A stretch of 60,991 nt of DNA, the filler included, from Globobulimina sp. (lineage: Eukaryota): assembly GCA_003354225.1 (NCBI GenBank). It is 15 parts of 15 records of this genome, joined end to end, with 100 filler letters (N's around TTAATTAATTAA, not from the genome) between each part and the next. Parts side by side here need not be neighbours in the genome. Positions count along the whole stretch, not along the records: positions 57,023 to 60,991 come from PIVH01001811.1; 14 more parts are not named here. One strand, 5' to 3'. The stretch's first letter is position 1. Each line of letters starts with the position of its first letter. A program made the position numbers and the translations under genes. The notes beneath the pieces are model-generated. The model made no database searches and had not been told where the DNA came from. It saw nothing but the letters and a program-made list of their open reading frames with translations. Positions 60,919-60,991 of this stretch are shown here, piece after piece.

Positions 60919-60991
60919 ATTGAAGTAATATTATATATTAATAACAACTGATTATTTAAAATCCATTTACTTGTATTATTTGTTTTTTTGA

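Noticed and set aside
1-60991. Alternative genetic code (stop reassignment)
   Set aside because: Conserved genes read cleanly in the standard code and end in TAA or TGA. ORF breaks are explained by GT-AG introns or frameshifts.

Overview
This window is not one locus. It is 15 unlinked eukaryotic contigs of 3977 down to 3969 bp, in descending length order, joined by 14 identical 100-bp linkers (44 N + TTAATTAATTAA + 44 N, which gives stops in all six frames). The DNA is AT-rich and gene-dense, uses the standard code, and has short GT-AG introns (mostly 54-70 nt). The tail of a very divergent alpha-tubulin (EAREDLGFLEKDYLDV) resembles the retarian alpha-2 type, so the source is probably a foraminifer or another rhizarian (inference). 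Recognisable genes: SAS-6, ABCE1/RLI1, RPN9, ACBP, a ZnT/CDF transporter, an SPX-EXS protein, a TMTC-like mannosyltransferase, two aldo-keto reductases, an LRR protein, a PHD-BAH protein, a fatty-acid-hydroxylase-family enzyme, TLC and 7TM proteins, a GP210-like protein and a monoglyceride-lipase-like hydrolase. I found no multi-gene novel system, and the contig joins rule out neighbourhood inference. The best leads are: (1) a recurrent non-coding GTGCAAGGAT motif lying in sense orientation 3' of genes; (2) a metazoan-style histone 3' stem-loop after a Lys-rich histone-like tail; (3) an alpha-tubulin lacking the catalytic E254; (4) an SPX domain that has lost its inositol-polyphosphate-binding lysines; (5) a tandem GCK/Mia40-like CX9C protein; (6) several MITE-like elements and intronic hairpins. 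All exon structures and family calls were made by eye, and no database search was run.
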